DNA of 64,000 nt from Podospora anserina (Eukaryota): NCBI GenBank assembly GCA_017654855.1, contig CM030338.1, positions 2,914,001 through 2,978,000 of the forward strand, given 5' to 3'. The notes beneath the pieces were generated by a model. That model was not told the origin of the DNA and did no database searches. It saw only the letters and a program-made list of their open reading frames with translations. Positions 12,244-25,193 of this stretch are shown here, in pieces. The translations under genes were made by a program, and so were the position numbers. Numbering within the stretch: position 1 is the stretch's first letter; the number at the start of each line of letters is the position of its first letter.

Positions 12244-13511
12244 ATGTTCACGACATCGAGCGCCGGTGCCCTCAGGGCCGGAGCGAGGAGATTGGAGACG
12301 ACGGTGTGTCACAATGCTAGCCTTCAGAGGAGGTTATTCTCAGTAACGTCGCAAAGAGGTACAGCACAGCACTTCTATATGATAGCTTCTTTTTGTAGAG
12401 GGGTTAAAACTGACTCTACCACCTTACTCTAGCCGGCGGCTTCATCGTCTTCAAAAAGGGCTCCAACCCCGAGCTCCAAGAGCGCCTCGACACCCTCTAC
12501 AACAAGATCGTCCTCCCTTCCTACCTCAGCCAAGAGCAGCAGCGCAAGCTCACCAAGACCAAATATAAAGAACAGCTCCGAAACGACCCCATCACCATGG
12601 AAATCGACGGCGAAATCCACAAGTTCCGCTACGTAGATCCCACAAAGGACATTCCCAGCGCATCCAAACTAGTCAGACAGGCTGTCGAACACATGCAACA
12701 CGAAGACTACCACAACCTCCACCTCGTCCTGAAAGGCTTCAAGCGCGCCAACAGAAAACTTCACGACGAGCTCGCCCTCCACATCATCAGGAAAGCCCAC
12801 CAAGCCGACCGCCTCGACGCTGTCATCGACTGCGCCAAGCAGGTCGAGCTGACGGGCTTCAAGCTCGACTCACCCTTGAAGCTGTCTTCCCTCCTCGTAG
12901 GGGCGCAGACAAGGGCGATCGAGTCCGGCTTTAATCCTAAGCCAGCAAAGAAGGCGCTCAAGCAGACGGAGAAAGTGATTGACTTGCTGGAATTCGAAGG
13001 CAAGAGGCACCAGCCCAGCAACAGGTCCAAGACCCAAAGGCCCTTCTACCACGAGCCGATGTTCCTCGGTTTGAGACTAAACCTTGCCGCCACTCTTGCG
13101 GTAAAAGCCAGGGACGGCCAGGATGAGGACGGGAAGGTGACTCAGTACGCTGAGCAGATGGTTCACTTTTGGCCTGAAAACACTGGCATCCTCGACCTCC
13201 AGCCCGATGCTGCGTATGAGGACCCGCAAAACGTACAATATCTCCTCGACCGCAACGAGTTCCTTTACCATGTGTCGCCTGTGCTTCATGGCTTGCAGAT
13301 GGCTGCCAAGGTGGTGGACCCGGGTCTTTCGATGAAGCTTCAGAACAGGGCGGATGCGCTGGAGGACGAGATTAGACAGGCGTATGAGTGGGACGAGCGG
13401 ATGCCGGCGTCGGGAGAGGTCATGTATAACTGGTTGTTCAACACGGAGGAGATGCTGGGGCGTATCAAGGCGGAGAAGAAGAAGAAGGTGGAAGCGGAAG
13501 TGAACCCATGA
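12244..13511 (+). CDS. Uncharacterised, probably mitochondrial, helical protein (~397 aa); intron 12359..12432
   Basis: Presequence-like MFTTSSAGALRAGARR..RRLFSVTSQR. Intron GTACAG..ACTGAC..TAG joins in frame to ORF 12597; codon usage looks coding. Confidence 0.8.
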
Positions 13512-13637
13512 GAGGCCCCTTTCAAAAAGAGAGGAGCAGTAAATATGATCACATATTTCCCAAACTATGTACCAGTACATATGTAAGAGTATTTACTTGT
13601 AACAATATTTCTTTTCTTTTTGGTATCGAGATGGTTG

Positions 13638-14780
13638 CTATGGGAGGACAATGTACTTCTTGAGATTCTCCGGGATCGCGCTCAGCAAGTTCTTGTTCTC
13701 AAGCCACTTCTTGGAGAACAACCTGTCGGCATATCTGTATGCGCCATCGCAGAGAACCGTGACTACGGTGTGCCCCTTGCCAAGCTTCTCCGCAACCTCC
13801 TTGGCTGCTACCACGTTCAACGCGGAGCTGGCACCGAGATACAAGCCCTCCTCATCCAAACACCTATACACCATCTCGATGGTCTTCTCATCACCGATGT
13901 GCAAACTGCCATCCAGCAACTCCACATCAGGAGCGAGATTGTCGGTTACTCTGCCCTGTCCAATACCCTCCGTGATGCTCGACCCAGACCTCTCAATCAG
14001 TTTTCCGCCCGACTGCAGGTAAGAGTGGAGGACACTCCCAGGGGGGTCGGCCAAAAAGCTCTTGACTTTCCCGTTGGACTTGTCTTTGAGATATCTCGTA
14101 ATCCCCGCCAACGTCCCGCCGGTACCAGTCGCACAAGTAAACGCATCGACCTTGCCCCCAGTCTGATACCAAATTTCCGGTCCCGTCGTCTCGATATGCG
14201 CCCTCCTGTTGGCGGTGTTGTCGAACTGGTTTGTCCAAACGGCGTTGTCCAACCTCTCGGCATGCCTCTTTGCCTGGTGGTTGTAATTTTGTGGGTTCTC
14301 AAACGCGACCGCAGGCACGGGGTAGACCTCAGCTCCTAACAACCGCAACAAATCGATCTTGCCCTGGGACTGGGTGTCGGGCATGTAGATGACCAGCTTG
14401 TAACCTCTTGACCGACAGACGTGGGCGAGACCGATGCCGGTGTTGCCTGCGGTTCCTTCGACCACGGTGCCGCCGGGGCGGAGGAGACCCCTTTCTTCGG
14501 CGTCTTTGACCACGTAGAGGGCTGCGCGGTCTTTGATTGAGCCTCCCGGGTTCATGAACTCGGCTTTGCCGAGGATCTCGCAGCCGGTTTGGGAGGAGAG
14601 GTGGTTCAGGCGGATGAGGGGGGTATAGCCGATTGCGCCGGCGAGCCCTTGGGCGACGCCTTGGGATTTGGAGAGGTTGATTAGGTAGTCGGAGGGGGGT
14701 GCTGGGGGGAGGGGGGCGTTGGCGAGGCGGCGGGTGGTGGTCGCAAAGGTGCGGATGGTGGAGGGGCGTGGGCGGAACAT
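13638..14780 (-). CDS. cysB: Cysteine synthase (O-acetylserine sulfhydrylase, PLP-dependent) with mitochondrial-type presequence
   Basis: PLP lysine motif [31 protein letters not shown] and GTGGT. First ATG is at 14780 (MFRPRPST); the ORF-track start at 14813 is a TTG. Confidence 0.93.
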   Translation of the reverse strand: MFRPRPSTIRTFATTTRRLANAPLPPAPPSDYLINLSKSQGVAQGLAGAIGYTPLIRLNHLSSQTGCEILGKAEFMNPGGSIKDRAALYVVKDAEERGLLRPGGTVVEGTAGNTGIGLAHVCRSRGYKLVIYMPDTQSQGKIDLLRLLGAEVYPVPAVAFENPQNYNHQAKRHAERLDNAVWTNQFDNTANRRAHIETTGPEIWYQTGGKVDAFTCATGTGGTLAGITRYLKDKSNGKVKSFLADPPGSVLHSYLQSGGKLIERSGSSITEGIGQGRVTDNLAPDVELLDGSLHIGDEKTIEMVYRCLDEEGLYLGASSALNVVAAKEVAEKLGKGHTVVTVLCDGAYRYADRLFSKKWLENKNLLSAIPENLKKYIVLP

Positions 14781-14974
14781 CTTCTCGGTGGTTTGTGGTT
14801 GCCAATGAGGCAACTATACTGTGGGAGACTTGAAGGGAAGAAAACAATGAGAAACTGAAGCTCTACCCAAGTCAAAAGAAAATAAAAATCCGACCTCGCT
14901 CGCCTCGTTTCTTTCAATGACACCCCCCCCGAGAGCGCCGTTGCGGCTTGTAGACCGAGGTGGGGCAACAGTCA

Positions 14975-14984
14975 ATGGCGCAAT
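14975..14984. promoter_or_regulatory. Possible CYS3/MetR-type sulfur-regulatory site upstream of cysteine synthase
   Basis: ATGGCGCAAT has one mismatch to the Neurospora CYS3 consensus ATGRYRYCAT and lies ~195 bp upstream of the ATG. Confidence 0.25.
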
Positions 14985-15292
14985 CAAGCGCTAAACCCGC
15001 CTGAAAGGTTAAGCTACGTAAGGGACCTCCCGCCATTGCCGGCCGGCAATTTTTGGCCAGTGTCAAATCCTTGCCACATCTTCCAAGTCGCGGTTCCACT
15101 GTATTTTGTTCGCGGTGCACAGTGACGAACGAAGCCTTTCAAGTTCAACGTAAATGCCATCAACCTAGTTCCTCACACCACTACCTCTTGTCGGATATAC
15201 CACAAATCTGATATCATTCTTCATGGCTCGAATTGCTCCAAATCATCATTATTATTAAAAACCCAGCCGCTTGAAGGCTTCATCGCCCAAAA

Positions 15293-17968
15293 ATGACCCC
15301 CCCAACCCCCCTCCCCGACGAGACTACCTCCACCAAACCCTCCACCCCAGTCCTCGATTCTTTATCCTCATCAGACTCCGACTCCGACTCCGACATCGAC
15401 GCCACCTCCGTCAAGAAACCATCCCCCCAACAACAACAAACAGAATGGCTCGCCACCTCCCGCACCAAGCGCTCCACAGCCGGCAACCGCATGAAAGCCC
15501 TCCTCGCAAACGAAGCCCCCCTCCTCACCACAACCACAACCTCGACCGACGCCGACGCCGACGACCTCGAACTCTTGTTCGCCGAAGATGAAGACGACGC
15601 CGGCTTCACCCCCGAAGCCAAAGACGACGCGTCCGATGTCCAAATGGATAGCTCCTCGGACGAAGAAGACAACGATGCCGCCAACGCCGACGAGGACGAA
15701 GGTGAGAAAGAGCTGGAGAGACAAGCCAGAGAAAAGAGAGCGGCTCAGCGGAAGAGGAAAACTCAAGAGGCTATCCCGGCCAAGTTCCGCAAAAAGGTTA
15801 GGATAGAGCCGCCGGGGAGCTCAAACGCGGGGAGCACGGTTGCCAGCCCGGCGCCGAAGCCGCCGAGGCCGAAGAAGAAGAGTGAGAGGGCTAGTTGGTT
15901 GCCTACGCTGGCGGATATGCCTACCAGAGCGTCGGAGCGGTCGACGACGAGGATGAGCAAGCAGCAGCTGCATGAGAAGATGGTGACGGATGAGATTAGG
16001 AGGAGGAAGCAGATTGAGAGGATGGAGAAGAAGGCCAAGTTGCTGGAGGCGATGAAGAAGCCGCCTATGACGCAGGCGGAGAGGTTGGCTGAGGCGGCCA
16101 AGGTGGAGAAGAGGAATGCGAGGAGTTTGAATCGGTGGGAGGAGGCGGAGAAGCAGAGGGAGGAGGAGAGGCTGAAGAAGATTGCGGCGTTGAATAGTCG
16201 GAAGCTGGATGGGCCGGTGGTGACTTTTTGGAGTGGGATTCAGGAGTTGAGTGAGGGGCAGGGGAAGCATGTGGGGAACTTGGTGTCGATGGAGGAGAGG
16301 GCGCCGAGGAAGAAGAGGCAGAGTGCGGCGGCGGTGTTGGCTGCGAAGGAGATGGGGGTTGGTGAGGAGCCGGGGACGCCGACGACGACGCCGGTGGAGG
16401 GGGAGAAGATGAAGGTGGGTGGGAAGGAGGGGGAGGTCAAGGCTGAAAAGGTTGATGCGAAGATGTTGGCTGGCACTGTTCCAACAGAGACGCCAAACGC
16501 TGGGACGACAGCTGCTCCGGTGAATTCGCCTGCTGTGCCGGTAGCGACATCAACATCGGCAACACAGGGGCCAGTCTTCGCTCCAACCACGGAACCACCA
16601 GTGTCTGTTCCAGCAACGCAACCACCATCTACTGCCCCAGTTTCGGCACCAGCAACACCTCTCCCAACCCCACTGGCAAGCCCAGCACCGGCTGTCTCTG
16701 CTCCAGCTTCAACGCCCACACCTCCAGCAGTAGCAATGCCCGCACCACCGCCACCCGTCGCAGCACCAGCGCCGGTTCCTGCTTTGGGGACATTCCAACC
16801 GCCAGTTCCTTCACCACCACCACCACCACCACCACCCGCTCAAATACCTACGGCTGCCTCAGCACCACCGTCAGGTCCAGTCTTTGCGCCTCCACTTCCA
16901 CCAACAACCTCAGTATCACCACCCAAGGGGCCGGCAGCACCAGTACTATCAATGACACCTCCAACAGCCCCCTCAATGGCACCACCGCCGATACCACCAC
17001 CACCAGAGGCGAGACCGCCCACATCAGGGGTTCTTGCTGCCCCTATTCTCGCACCACCACCTGGCCCAATGCTTGGAGCCCAGATGCCAATGTTGGGGTT
17101 TCCTCCGTCAGGCGGGAAATCCAATGTCCTCGCTCTGCCCAATACATCACATACCCCATCACCACTCTCCATGCCGCTTTCTGCTCCGGCTGTTCCCGCA
17201 CCAGCGCTGCCCATATTATCTACCCCAACTATGTCCGCCCCTGTACCACCAACTGTACCAAAACTGAACATTCCCGCTCCTCCTATTCCGTCAACTCCTG
17301 CTCAGCAGAAGTCGGCGCCAGCTCAGACGCCGGTATCAGCAACACCTGTCTCGGCGACACCAATATCAGCAGCCCCAGTCTCGGCAACCCCAACAACAGC
17401 CAAACAGCCCGACACACCCCAATCAGCTCTCCCCCAGTCCACCGCCACCAACCCAGAACCACCAGCTCAAGACCAGCAACCACAGGGCAAAGTCACCAGA
17501 AGCTGCATCATCCTCCAAAACTTTGACGACGCCGCCATCAAGGACAAGCAGATCCAGAACCAGATCTTGTTTGGTCGGAAGATGAACCGGCTGGCCAAGC
17601 CGGCGCACCCGCCGCTGTGTGTCATTACCAACCATCCTGCCCGATACCGAGACCCAAAGACGGGGTTGCATTACTATAATAGTTATGCGTACAAGGAGAT
17701 TCAGAGGGTGAGCAGGGGGGATTACAAGTGGAGCTCGCTGCTGGGGAGTTATGTGGGGAGGGGATGGGGAGAGTTTGCGGCGAAGGGGGTGCCGGAGAGG
17801 TTTACGGATCCGAGCAGGCCGAGCGGGATTGTTGCTGGGGGGGAGAAGCCGGAGGAGGTGGGGGTGGTGGAGGCGAGGTTGGTGCCTATTGAGGGGGCGG
17901 AGCCGGTGGTGAAGATGGAGGGAGGGGGCAGCAGGGTGTTGTTGTGCCTGCTGCTGCTCCGGTTGTGA
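15293..17968 (+). CDS. VPS72: SWR1 complex subunit Vps72/Swc2 (YL1 family); true end may be 18171 if a G is missing near 17924
   Basis: YL1 N-terminal motif WLATSRTKRSTAGNRMKALL, MTQAERLAEAAKVEKRN, and YL1-C motif CVITNHPARYRDPKTGLHY..AYKEIQ; long Pro-rich linker. Confidence 0.9.
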   Translation: MTPPTPLPDETTSTKPSTPVLDSLSSSDSDSDSDIDATSVKKPSPQQQQTEWLATSRTKRSTAGNRMKALLANEAPLLTTTTTSTDADADDLELLFAEDEDDAGFTPEAKDDASDVQMDSSSDEEDNDAANADEDEGEKELERQAREKRAAQRKRKTQEAIPAKFRKKVRIEPPGSSNAGSTVASPAPKPPRPKKKSERASWLPTLADMPTRASERSTTRMSKQQLHEKMVTDEIRRRKQIERMEKKAKLLEAMKKPPMTQAERLAEAAKVEKRNARSLNRWEEAEKQREEERLKKIAALNSRKLDGPVVTFWSGIQELSEGQGKHVGNLVSMEERAPRKKRQSAAAVLAAKEMGVGEEPGTPTTTPVEGEKMKVGGKEGEVKAEKVDAKMLAGTVPTETPNAGTTAAPVNSPAVPVATSTSATQGPVFAPTTEPPVSVPATQPPSTAPVSAPATPLPTPLASPAPAVSAPASTPTPPAVAMPAPPPPVAAPAPVPALGTFQPPVPSPPPPPPPPAQIPTAASAPPSGPVFAPPLPPTTSVSPPKGPAAPVLSMTPPTAPSMAPPPIPPPPEARPPTSGVLAAPILAPPPGPMLGAQMPMLGFPPSGGKSNVLALPNTSHTPSPLSMPLSAPAVPAPALPILSTPTMSAPVPPTVPKLNIPAPPIPSTPAQQKSAPAQTPVSATPVSATPISAAPVSATPTTAKQPDTPQSALPQSTATNPEPPAQDQQPQGKVTRSCIILQNFDDAAIKDKQIQNQILFGRKMNRLAKPAHPPLCVITNHPARYRDPKTGLHYYNSYAYKEIQRVSRGDYKWSSLLGSYVGRGWGEFAAKGVPERFTDPSRPSGIVAGGEKPEEVGVVEARLVPIEGAEPVVKMEGGGSRVLLCLLLLRL

Positions 17969-18332
17969 TGCCTTCTTCTCCTGGGCCGGTTGTAACGCCT
18001 GCAGGTGGTGGTTCTGCGCCCGCTGCTCCAGCTGGAGTGGTGATGAACCCTCCTCCTTGTCCTCGTCCTCCAATTGTGTCACCAGTAGTATTTGATGTCC
18101 CTCCTGCTGTCCCGGAGGTGGGTATGGCTGCTGACCAGAATAACCACCACCAGCCTGTGCGAACGCAGTAGGATGTGGTTTTTGTGCAGGCTAGGTTTGT
18201 GGTGGGGTATCTGGAGAGGCAGGAAGAGGAGACAGGTATATCAACAAGGAGGAGGGTAGAAAGAGGGAGGGATATATGTTAGGAGGGTGAGGAAAAAGTT
18301 GCTTTGATGAGAGAAGAAAAAGAATAATGGGT

Positions 18333-18360
18333 GGTTGGTTGGTTGGTTGGTTGGTTGGTT
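18333..18360. repeat. (GGTT)7 microsatellite
   Basis: Read directly from sequence. Confidence 0.9.
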
Positions 18361-18753
18361 GTATACCTAACCATGGATGTTGGAAGAGTATTTGAACAGC
18401 ATTGTTTATGGGCTTTTTCGGCTGCGTTAGTTAGTCAAAGTTGGGACAGTTTAGATATGTTATTTAGGTAGGTGGGTATGTATATTATATAGCTCGAGGC
18501 AGAAGCAAGGAGGTTTTCAGAAACGGGTGTCTTCTGATGCTGACGAGAACGGGTTATAATGGATAGATACCGAGTCAAGAACAATCTGATACAACGTTTG
18601 AAAAGAGTTAGTTGTTTATTTGTTGATTAGTTTTGATTTTGCGGGGCTGGGATGGTTGGTTAAAGAGACTATGTGTCGTTGCACTTGGGTTTGAACAGCG
18701 AGTTTGATAAATGTTGGGCAGGTATGTGACGTTGTAGGAAGGATATTGGTATT

Positions 18754-18793
18754 ATGATGATGATGATAATGATGATGATGATGATGATGATGA
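18754..18793. repeat. Imperfect (ATG)n microsatellite
   Basis: Read directly; one ATA interruption. Confidence 0.9.
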
Positions 18794-18940
18794 CAAGGAA
18801 AAGAAAACATAATAAACCAGCAGTGATGTTGGCATAACAGCGGAAGCAAACTGTTCAATTACGTAGTTTGAATCTATTATCTTTTAGACCAGCTCAAGAT
18901 TGCCCGCCGTTTTACTCGTCAAGTTTTTATTTTAATCTGT

Positions 18941-19681
18941 TTACTTTACACGTTTAAGTTGATAGTTGCTTATACCTCCACAGCGGCCTCTGTTTTGATC
19001 TTTTTGTTGTTTGGACTCTTCCTTCTCGGCCTTGGCCCTCTTCTTTCTCTCACGTCTGACTTCAACTTCGAGGGCTTTCATCTGCTCGCTGAGGGTTGCT
19101 AGTTTGGGGATGATATCCTCGACGGCGGTTTTGGCGTCTGCTTGGGCGAGGCGGAGGGGGAGGGGGGTTAGGATGCCAAACCAGTGGAGAGGGTTGGTGG
19201 AGTTCTTGTGTTTTGATGTTGGGGTTGGTTGCGAATCATCCCTTTTTGACTCTGCTTCGTCTCTGGCCTTGCCATCACCAGGTTCATCTTGGGGCGGTGG
19301 ATGTGATGACGATGGGTTGCTGTTGTTGGCATGCTGTGTTGATCCTGGCCCGTCCTGAGTTTGGGGTTGCTCTTTGGTGTTGTCGTTGGGTTTTGGCTTC
19401 TCTGATGGTTTATCATTTGTGACTGGTGGTCTTACAAGGCTGAACTCGGGTGTGTTGGTTTCGGAAGAGATGGTGATGTCGAGATGGGAGGTGGATTGCA
19501 TTCGCTCATCGTAGTAGTCTTGGCCGTAGTGTCTCACGCCGGGTTGTGCGGAAAAGTTCGCGCGGGCGAGGTGCTGGTAGAGGGATGACTGGAGGTTGTT
19601 GAGGGTGGTGCGGAGGGTGGTGTATTCGTTGAGGAGGAGGAGGTATTGTTGGAGGAGGGAGTCGATTTTGTCGGTAGACAT
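18941..19681 (-). CDS. VMA22: V-ATPase assembly factor, Vma22/CCDC115 family (an upstream in-frame ATG exists at 19789)
   Basis: N-terminal coiled coil IDSLLQQYLLLLNEY..LARANF, YGQDYYDERM, and the family-typical NPLHWFGILTPLPLRLAQ. Confidence 0.82.
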   Translation of the reverse strand: MSTDKIDSLLQQYLLLLNEYTTLRTTLNNLQSSLYQHLARANFSAQPGVRHYGQDYYDERMQSTSHLDITISSETNTPEFSLVRPPVTNDKPSEKPKPNDNTKEQPQTQDGPGSTQHANNSNPSSSHPPPQDEPGDGKARDEAESKRDDSQPTPTSKHKNSTNPLHWFGILTPLPLRLAQADAKTAVEDIIPKLATLSEQMKALEVEVRRERKKRAKAEKEESKQQKDQNRGRCGGISNYQLKRVK

Positions 19682-21003
19682 CTCGGTTGAAGTTGGAGAT
19701 GTGTGGTGTTGGCGAGTGAGTAAGTGAGCTTGAAGTGAGCTGATGCGTTGTGAGATGTTGGAAAGACCAAACGCCCCACTTTCCACCATTTAGTCGTTTA
19801 TTCCGCGATAAGCACGGCTTCGTCTCAGCTTCATCAACTTGGATAGTGCTTCCGAGGCAGCTGATGGCTGTTTGCTGTCTCATGTATAACAAGTAATTAC
19901 ACGCAGGACCTACTCCAACTGCAGGACCCTTGCCAAGGTGGACTGTGAATGCCTCTACTGCAGACCTTTTATGCAATGGAAGCAGTTGTACCACTGAAGA
20001 CATGCATTCTTCAAGCTACGGAGGCCATAACCCTGGTGCCGCGGCCAGGCGTCCGCCGTGCAACTGGTCCCCCCCTTCTTGGGTGAGCTGGCATCTGATG
20101 AGACTGCTGCCTCTCTGATAGGACAGGACTGCACAAACACGCCTGTTCATAAAATGATGTGCTTTTTCTCTCCCACTTCTTCCACTTTCCCACTTCTCCC
20201 ACTTCTCCCACTCTTGTGCTCCCAGTCCTATCTCCTCTCTTGCCATGAAAGAGGCAAGTGGATGCGAAGAGCTATCGCTGCCCTGGCTCTCAAGAGGCGT
20301 ATCGAATTACAGCGAGGCGTAACTGTGCTAAGTTCTGATAGTAGGACTTTAGCGCGGGTGATAGTACTGCGCTAGTAATAATACGGTGTTCGGTTACCAC
20401 TCCCCCACAGGCAGCGGACGACCTAAACAAGGAACTCGCCCACTGATCACTCCTATGCTCGTGCTTCCCTCACGGCCTGTAATCTTACGAGGTTGCTGGC
20501 CTGGCTGCATAACAAAACCACCATCCCCCCCTTCGGTATCCGTAAATTCAATTGTCATCTCTTTCCCCCCCCCCCAAGAAACCCAATTGCCCATCTTGCT
20601 CCACGCTGTGTCCCGCCTTCGTTCAGTCCAAGTCGTCGTCTTTCTTTGTCCGTGCAGGAGTCAGTCACCCGTCGACAGCCGCATACCACACACCGACGAA
20701 TTACTTTCAGACCTCACACACCTCGTCATCGCCCGCTGCTGCCCGCTGCCCACTGCCACCACCACACCCCATTTTACCTTCCCGCTTTTCCCCCCCATCG
20801 CATCCCTTACCGACTCCACATCGGTCCCCTTCGCACCCTCGAATTGCATTTGCCGGGTCCATTCCCTTTGAGCTGTTCAGTCGCGCGATAAGGGGAGAGC
20901 TGCTGTTGGACGCAAGGCTTCTGAACGAGAGGCGGTCGACGATAGAGCCCTGTGATCAAACAGCCCGGCAAGACAAACCGAGAGCCCTGTGCCATCCGTC
21001 AAA

Positions 21004-22065
<1,062 letters not shown>

Positions 22066-23035
22066 GTCACGAGTTTGGATATATCTTGTTGTCTAGTCAA
22101 AATACCACCCAGGGTGGAAAGCAGCGTCAAAGTTGGAAGAGCGAATCTGGACATTGATTTAACCCAGCCCTGTCTTCAGCAAACCAAATAGACCTCTGGC
22201 AGGTTGGGGGATTTCTAGAGATCAATGCACCATAAAGCGGCAACGCTACAGGCCTGGGATTTAGCATCATCATTATCGTCATCACACACACACACACCCC
22301 GATACCTACGCACCACTATTCTCATCCCCCTCCCTACCTTGAACGGCAGCCTCGATCTTCAACGACGAACTATGCGCCAACCGCCGTCCTTAGCTGCTTG
22401 GGTCCGGGACAGGCACGGGTAATTTCTGGTATGGGAGATGCCCTTTCCGAAGCTGGGAACGAAGTGGTCAGGCTGGAACAGAGTTTCATTTTCTTCTACG
22501 GAATTTCCTCCCCCTCTTCCAAACCCAGTCGAACAACTTCTTGGTATCTCTTCCACGGCCTGTTTAGCACATTTCTTCCTTCTTGATTCTATCCCCCTTC
22601 CCCTCCCCTTGTTGCTGCGCGGGTGGGCCACCGTGTAAGGTACCTGCTCCGAGAATACAGGAAGCTTTCGATAGGACAGTTTGGCGATTGGAGTGCAATT
22701 GAATCAAAGTTTACTATCTTTTTTTTTTCTGTTTTGTTTGCTTGTGCTGATTTTTTGATAACTCGGGGTATTGGAGAGCTACACTTGATTCTGACTGATT
22801 GATATCCGGGTCATGTATGTGTAACAGGTCTGAGCAAAAGTCTCCGCTGGTTTGTCTGCAAATCGGACGAGGGGTCTGATCGAGTTCTGAGATGAACACG
22901 GGGAGAGAATCACCCGAACTCGACAGCCCAGGGAGAAATATCCTTTGAGTGCAGCTGCCAAAGAGTCGTAGTGTAAGACCGAGGTTGGTCTTATCTACAA
23001 AGAGGGCTTGGTATTTACTTCAAGGTTCACCGCCC

Positions 23036-23214
23036 TGACTCAATCCAGGAGGTGTCCTGTCTGTTTCTCACCCCTGGGGGCGAAGTTGATAAGGAAACGT
23101 GTTACAGGTGAATCATGTGAAACTTGATCTTATCTTTTACAGGTTGTGGCTTTTGAGGGTTGCTTTGATAACAGATAGCTCTACCGACCACGGAAGGTGC
23201 GCGCCGTTGAGTCA
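23036..23214. promoter_or_regulatory. Two Gcn4/CPC1 (cross-pathway control) sites upstream of Asn-tRNA synthetase
   Basis: Perfect TGACTCA at 23036..23042 and TGAGTCA at 23208..23214. Aminoacyl-tRNA synthetases are established Gcn4/CPC1 targets. Confidence 0.6.
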
Positions 23215-23395
23215 TTGGGTTTTTTTTCCCCCTTGTGTGAGGGGTCTGGTCCCCTTCAATCGACAAGTGGTGCCCCGCCATACACTTTTCTTCACCCCCA
23301 CCATCTCTCTTTCTCCCTCTTCTTTTCTTTCCCCCAACCACAAAAAGACACACACAGACATTACATACCTATCGCGACCAGCAGCAGCCGCAATC

Positions 23396-25193
23396 ATGGC
23401 CGCGACCCAAGATCTCGCCGACCGCACCGCTGCCCAAAAGGTGTACATCGACCCCGCCTCGGGCAAAGACGACGCCTCGGCCGACGGCACCGAGGCCAAG
23501 CCCTTCCAGTCGCTGTATCATGCCCTCATCACCCACCTCGAGACCACCCCCGCGCCCACGTACCTGACGCTCGTCAAGAAGGAGGACGCTGCCACCTCGT
23601 GGGAGGAACCCGCCAAGTCTGCGCTCAAAAAGGCCGTCGGCCGCGTGGACGCGTACAAGAAGAAGCTGGCCAAGGAGAAGGACGCCGCGAGGAAGGAGGA
23701 GGAGGAGCGGCTGCAGAGGTTGAAGAACCTGGAGGACAGCAAGAAGATCGTCCTCAAGCAGGACGAGTCGCTCCCCAAGGCGGAGAGGATCAAGCTGAGC
23801 CAGAAGGACGAGGGGCTGATTGGGAAGAGGGTCAAGGTGTTTGGGCGGATTCACAGGATTAGGGTGCAGAAGGCGGCGACGTTTCTGGAGATCAAGGACG
23901 GGTATGGGAAGCTGCAGTGTATCCTTCCTGCTGGGGATCTGACCAGGAACCATGATGCGCTGTTGTTTGCGCAGGAGACTGCGCTGGCGGTGTATGGGCT
24001 GTTGAAGAGGGTTCCCGAGGGGGCTGAGGCGCCGGATGGGAGGGAGCTGCACGTGGATTATTTTGAGGTGGTGGGTGGTGCGCCGAGTGATTTGGAGGCG
24101 TTTAGCAACAAGGTTAGCAAGGATCAGGACCCGTGGGAGGCGAGCATGTTGGACAACAGGCATTTGGTGCTGAGGGGGGACAATGCGAGCGCGGTGATGA
24201 AGTTGAGGGAGGCGATTGAGCTGGCGTTTGTGGATAGTTATAGGGAGATGGAGTTCACCAAGGTGTCGCCTCCTGCCATGGTCCAGACTCAGGTTGAGGG
24301 TGGTTCTACTCTTTTCGGGTTTCCCTACTATGGCGAGGAGGCTTACCTTACCCAGTCTTCTCAGCTGTACCTCGAGACTGTGATCCAGTCGCTCGGCAAC
24401 GTCTACTGTATCGAGAAGTCTTTCAGAGCCGAGAAGTCGCTCACCCGCCGCCATCTGTCCGAGTACACGCACGTCGAGGCCGAGATGGACTTTATCGAAT
24501 TTGACGACCTGCTCGAGCACATTGAGGAGCTGATTTGCCGCGTCGTCGACAAGGTGCTTGCCAACCCCACCTCTGCGGCCTACCTCAAGCTTCTCAACCC
24601 CGGCTTCCAGAAGCCGAGCAGGCCGTTTATGCGGATGAGGTACGCCGACGCGATCGACTGGCTCAACGCGCAGGAGGAGCCGATTCTCAACGAGGAGGGC
24701 AAGCCCCACGTGTTTGGTGACGACATTGCCGAGGCTGCGGAGAGAAAGATGACGGACATTATCAACCGGCCCATCTTCTTGACGCATTTCCCTGTCGAGA
24801 TCAAGGCGTTTTACATGCAGAAGGACCCCAAGGACTTGAGGGTGACGGAGTCGGTGGATGTGCTGATGCCGGGGGTGGGTGAGATTGTGGGCGGGTCGAT
24901 GAGGATGTTTGATTATGAGGAGTTGATTGAGGCGTATAAGAAGAATGATATTGGGCATGAGCCTTACTACTGGTATGTATTCTTAGGCCGGGGGGTGGGG
25001 GAGGGTTAGAGGATGATGATGATGCTAATATGATGATGGTTATTATAGGTACACGGAGCAGAGAAAGTACGGCACCAGCCCGCACGGTGGGTATGGGTTG
25101 GGGTTGGAGCGGTTCATTGCTTGGATTGCGAACCAGCATACTGTGAGGACGTGCAGTTTGTATCCTAGATTTATGGGGCGTGCGAAGCCTTAG
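23396..25193 (+). CDS. DED81: Cytosolic asparaginyl-tRNA synthetase; intron 24973..25048
   Basis: OB fold [33 protein letters not shown], motif 2 [15 protein letters not shown], and motif 3 [12 protein letters not shown] in the last exon. Confidence 0.96.
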
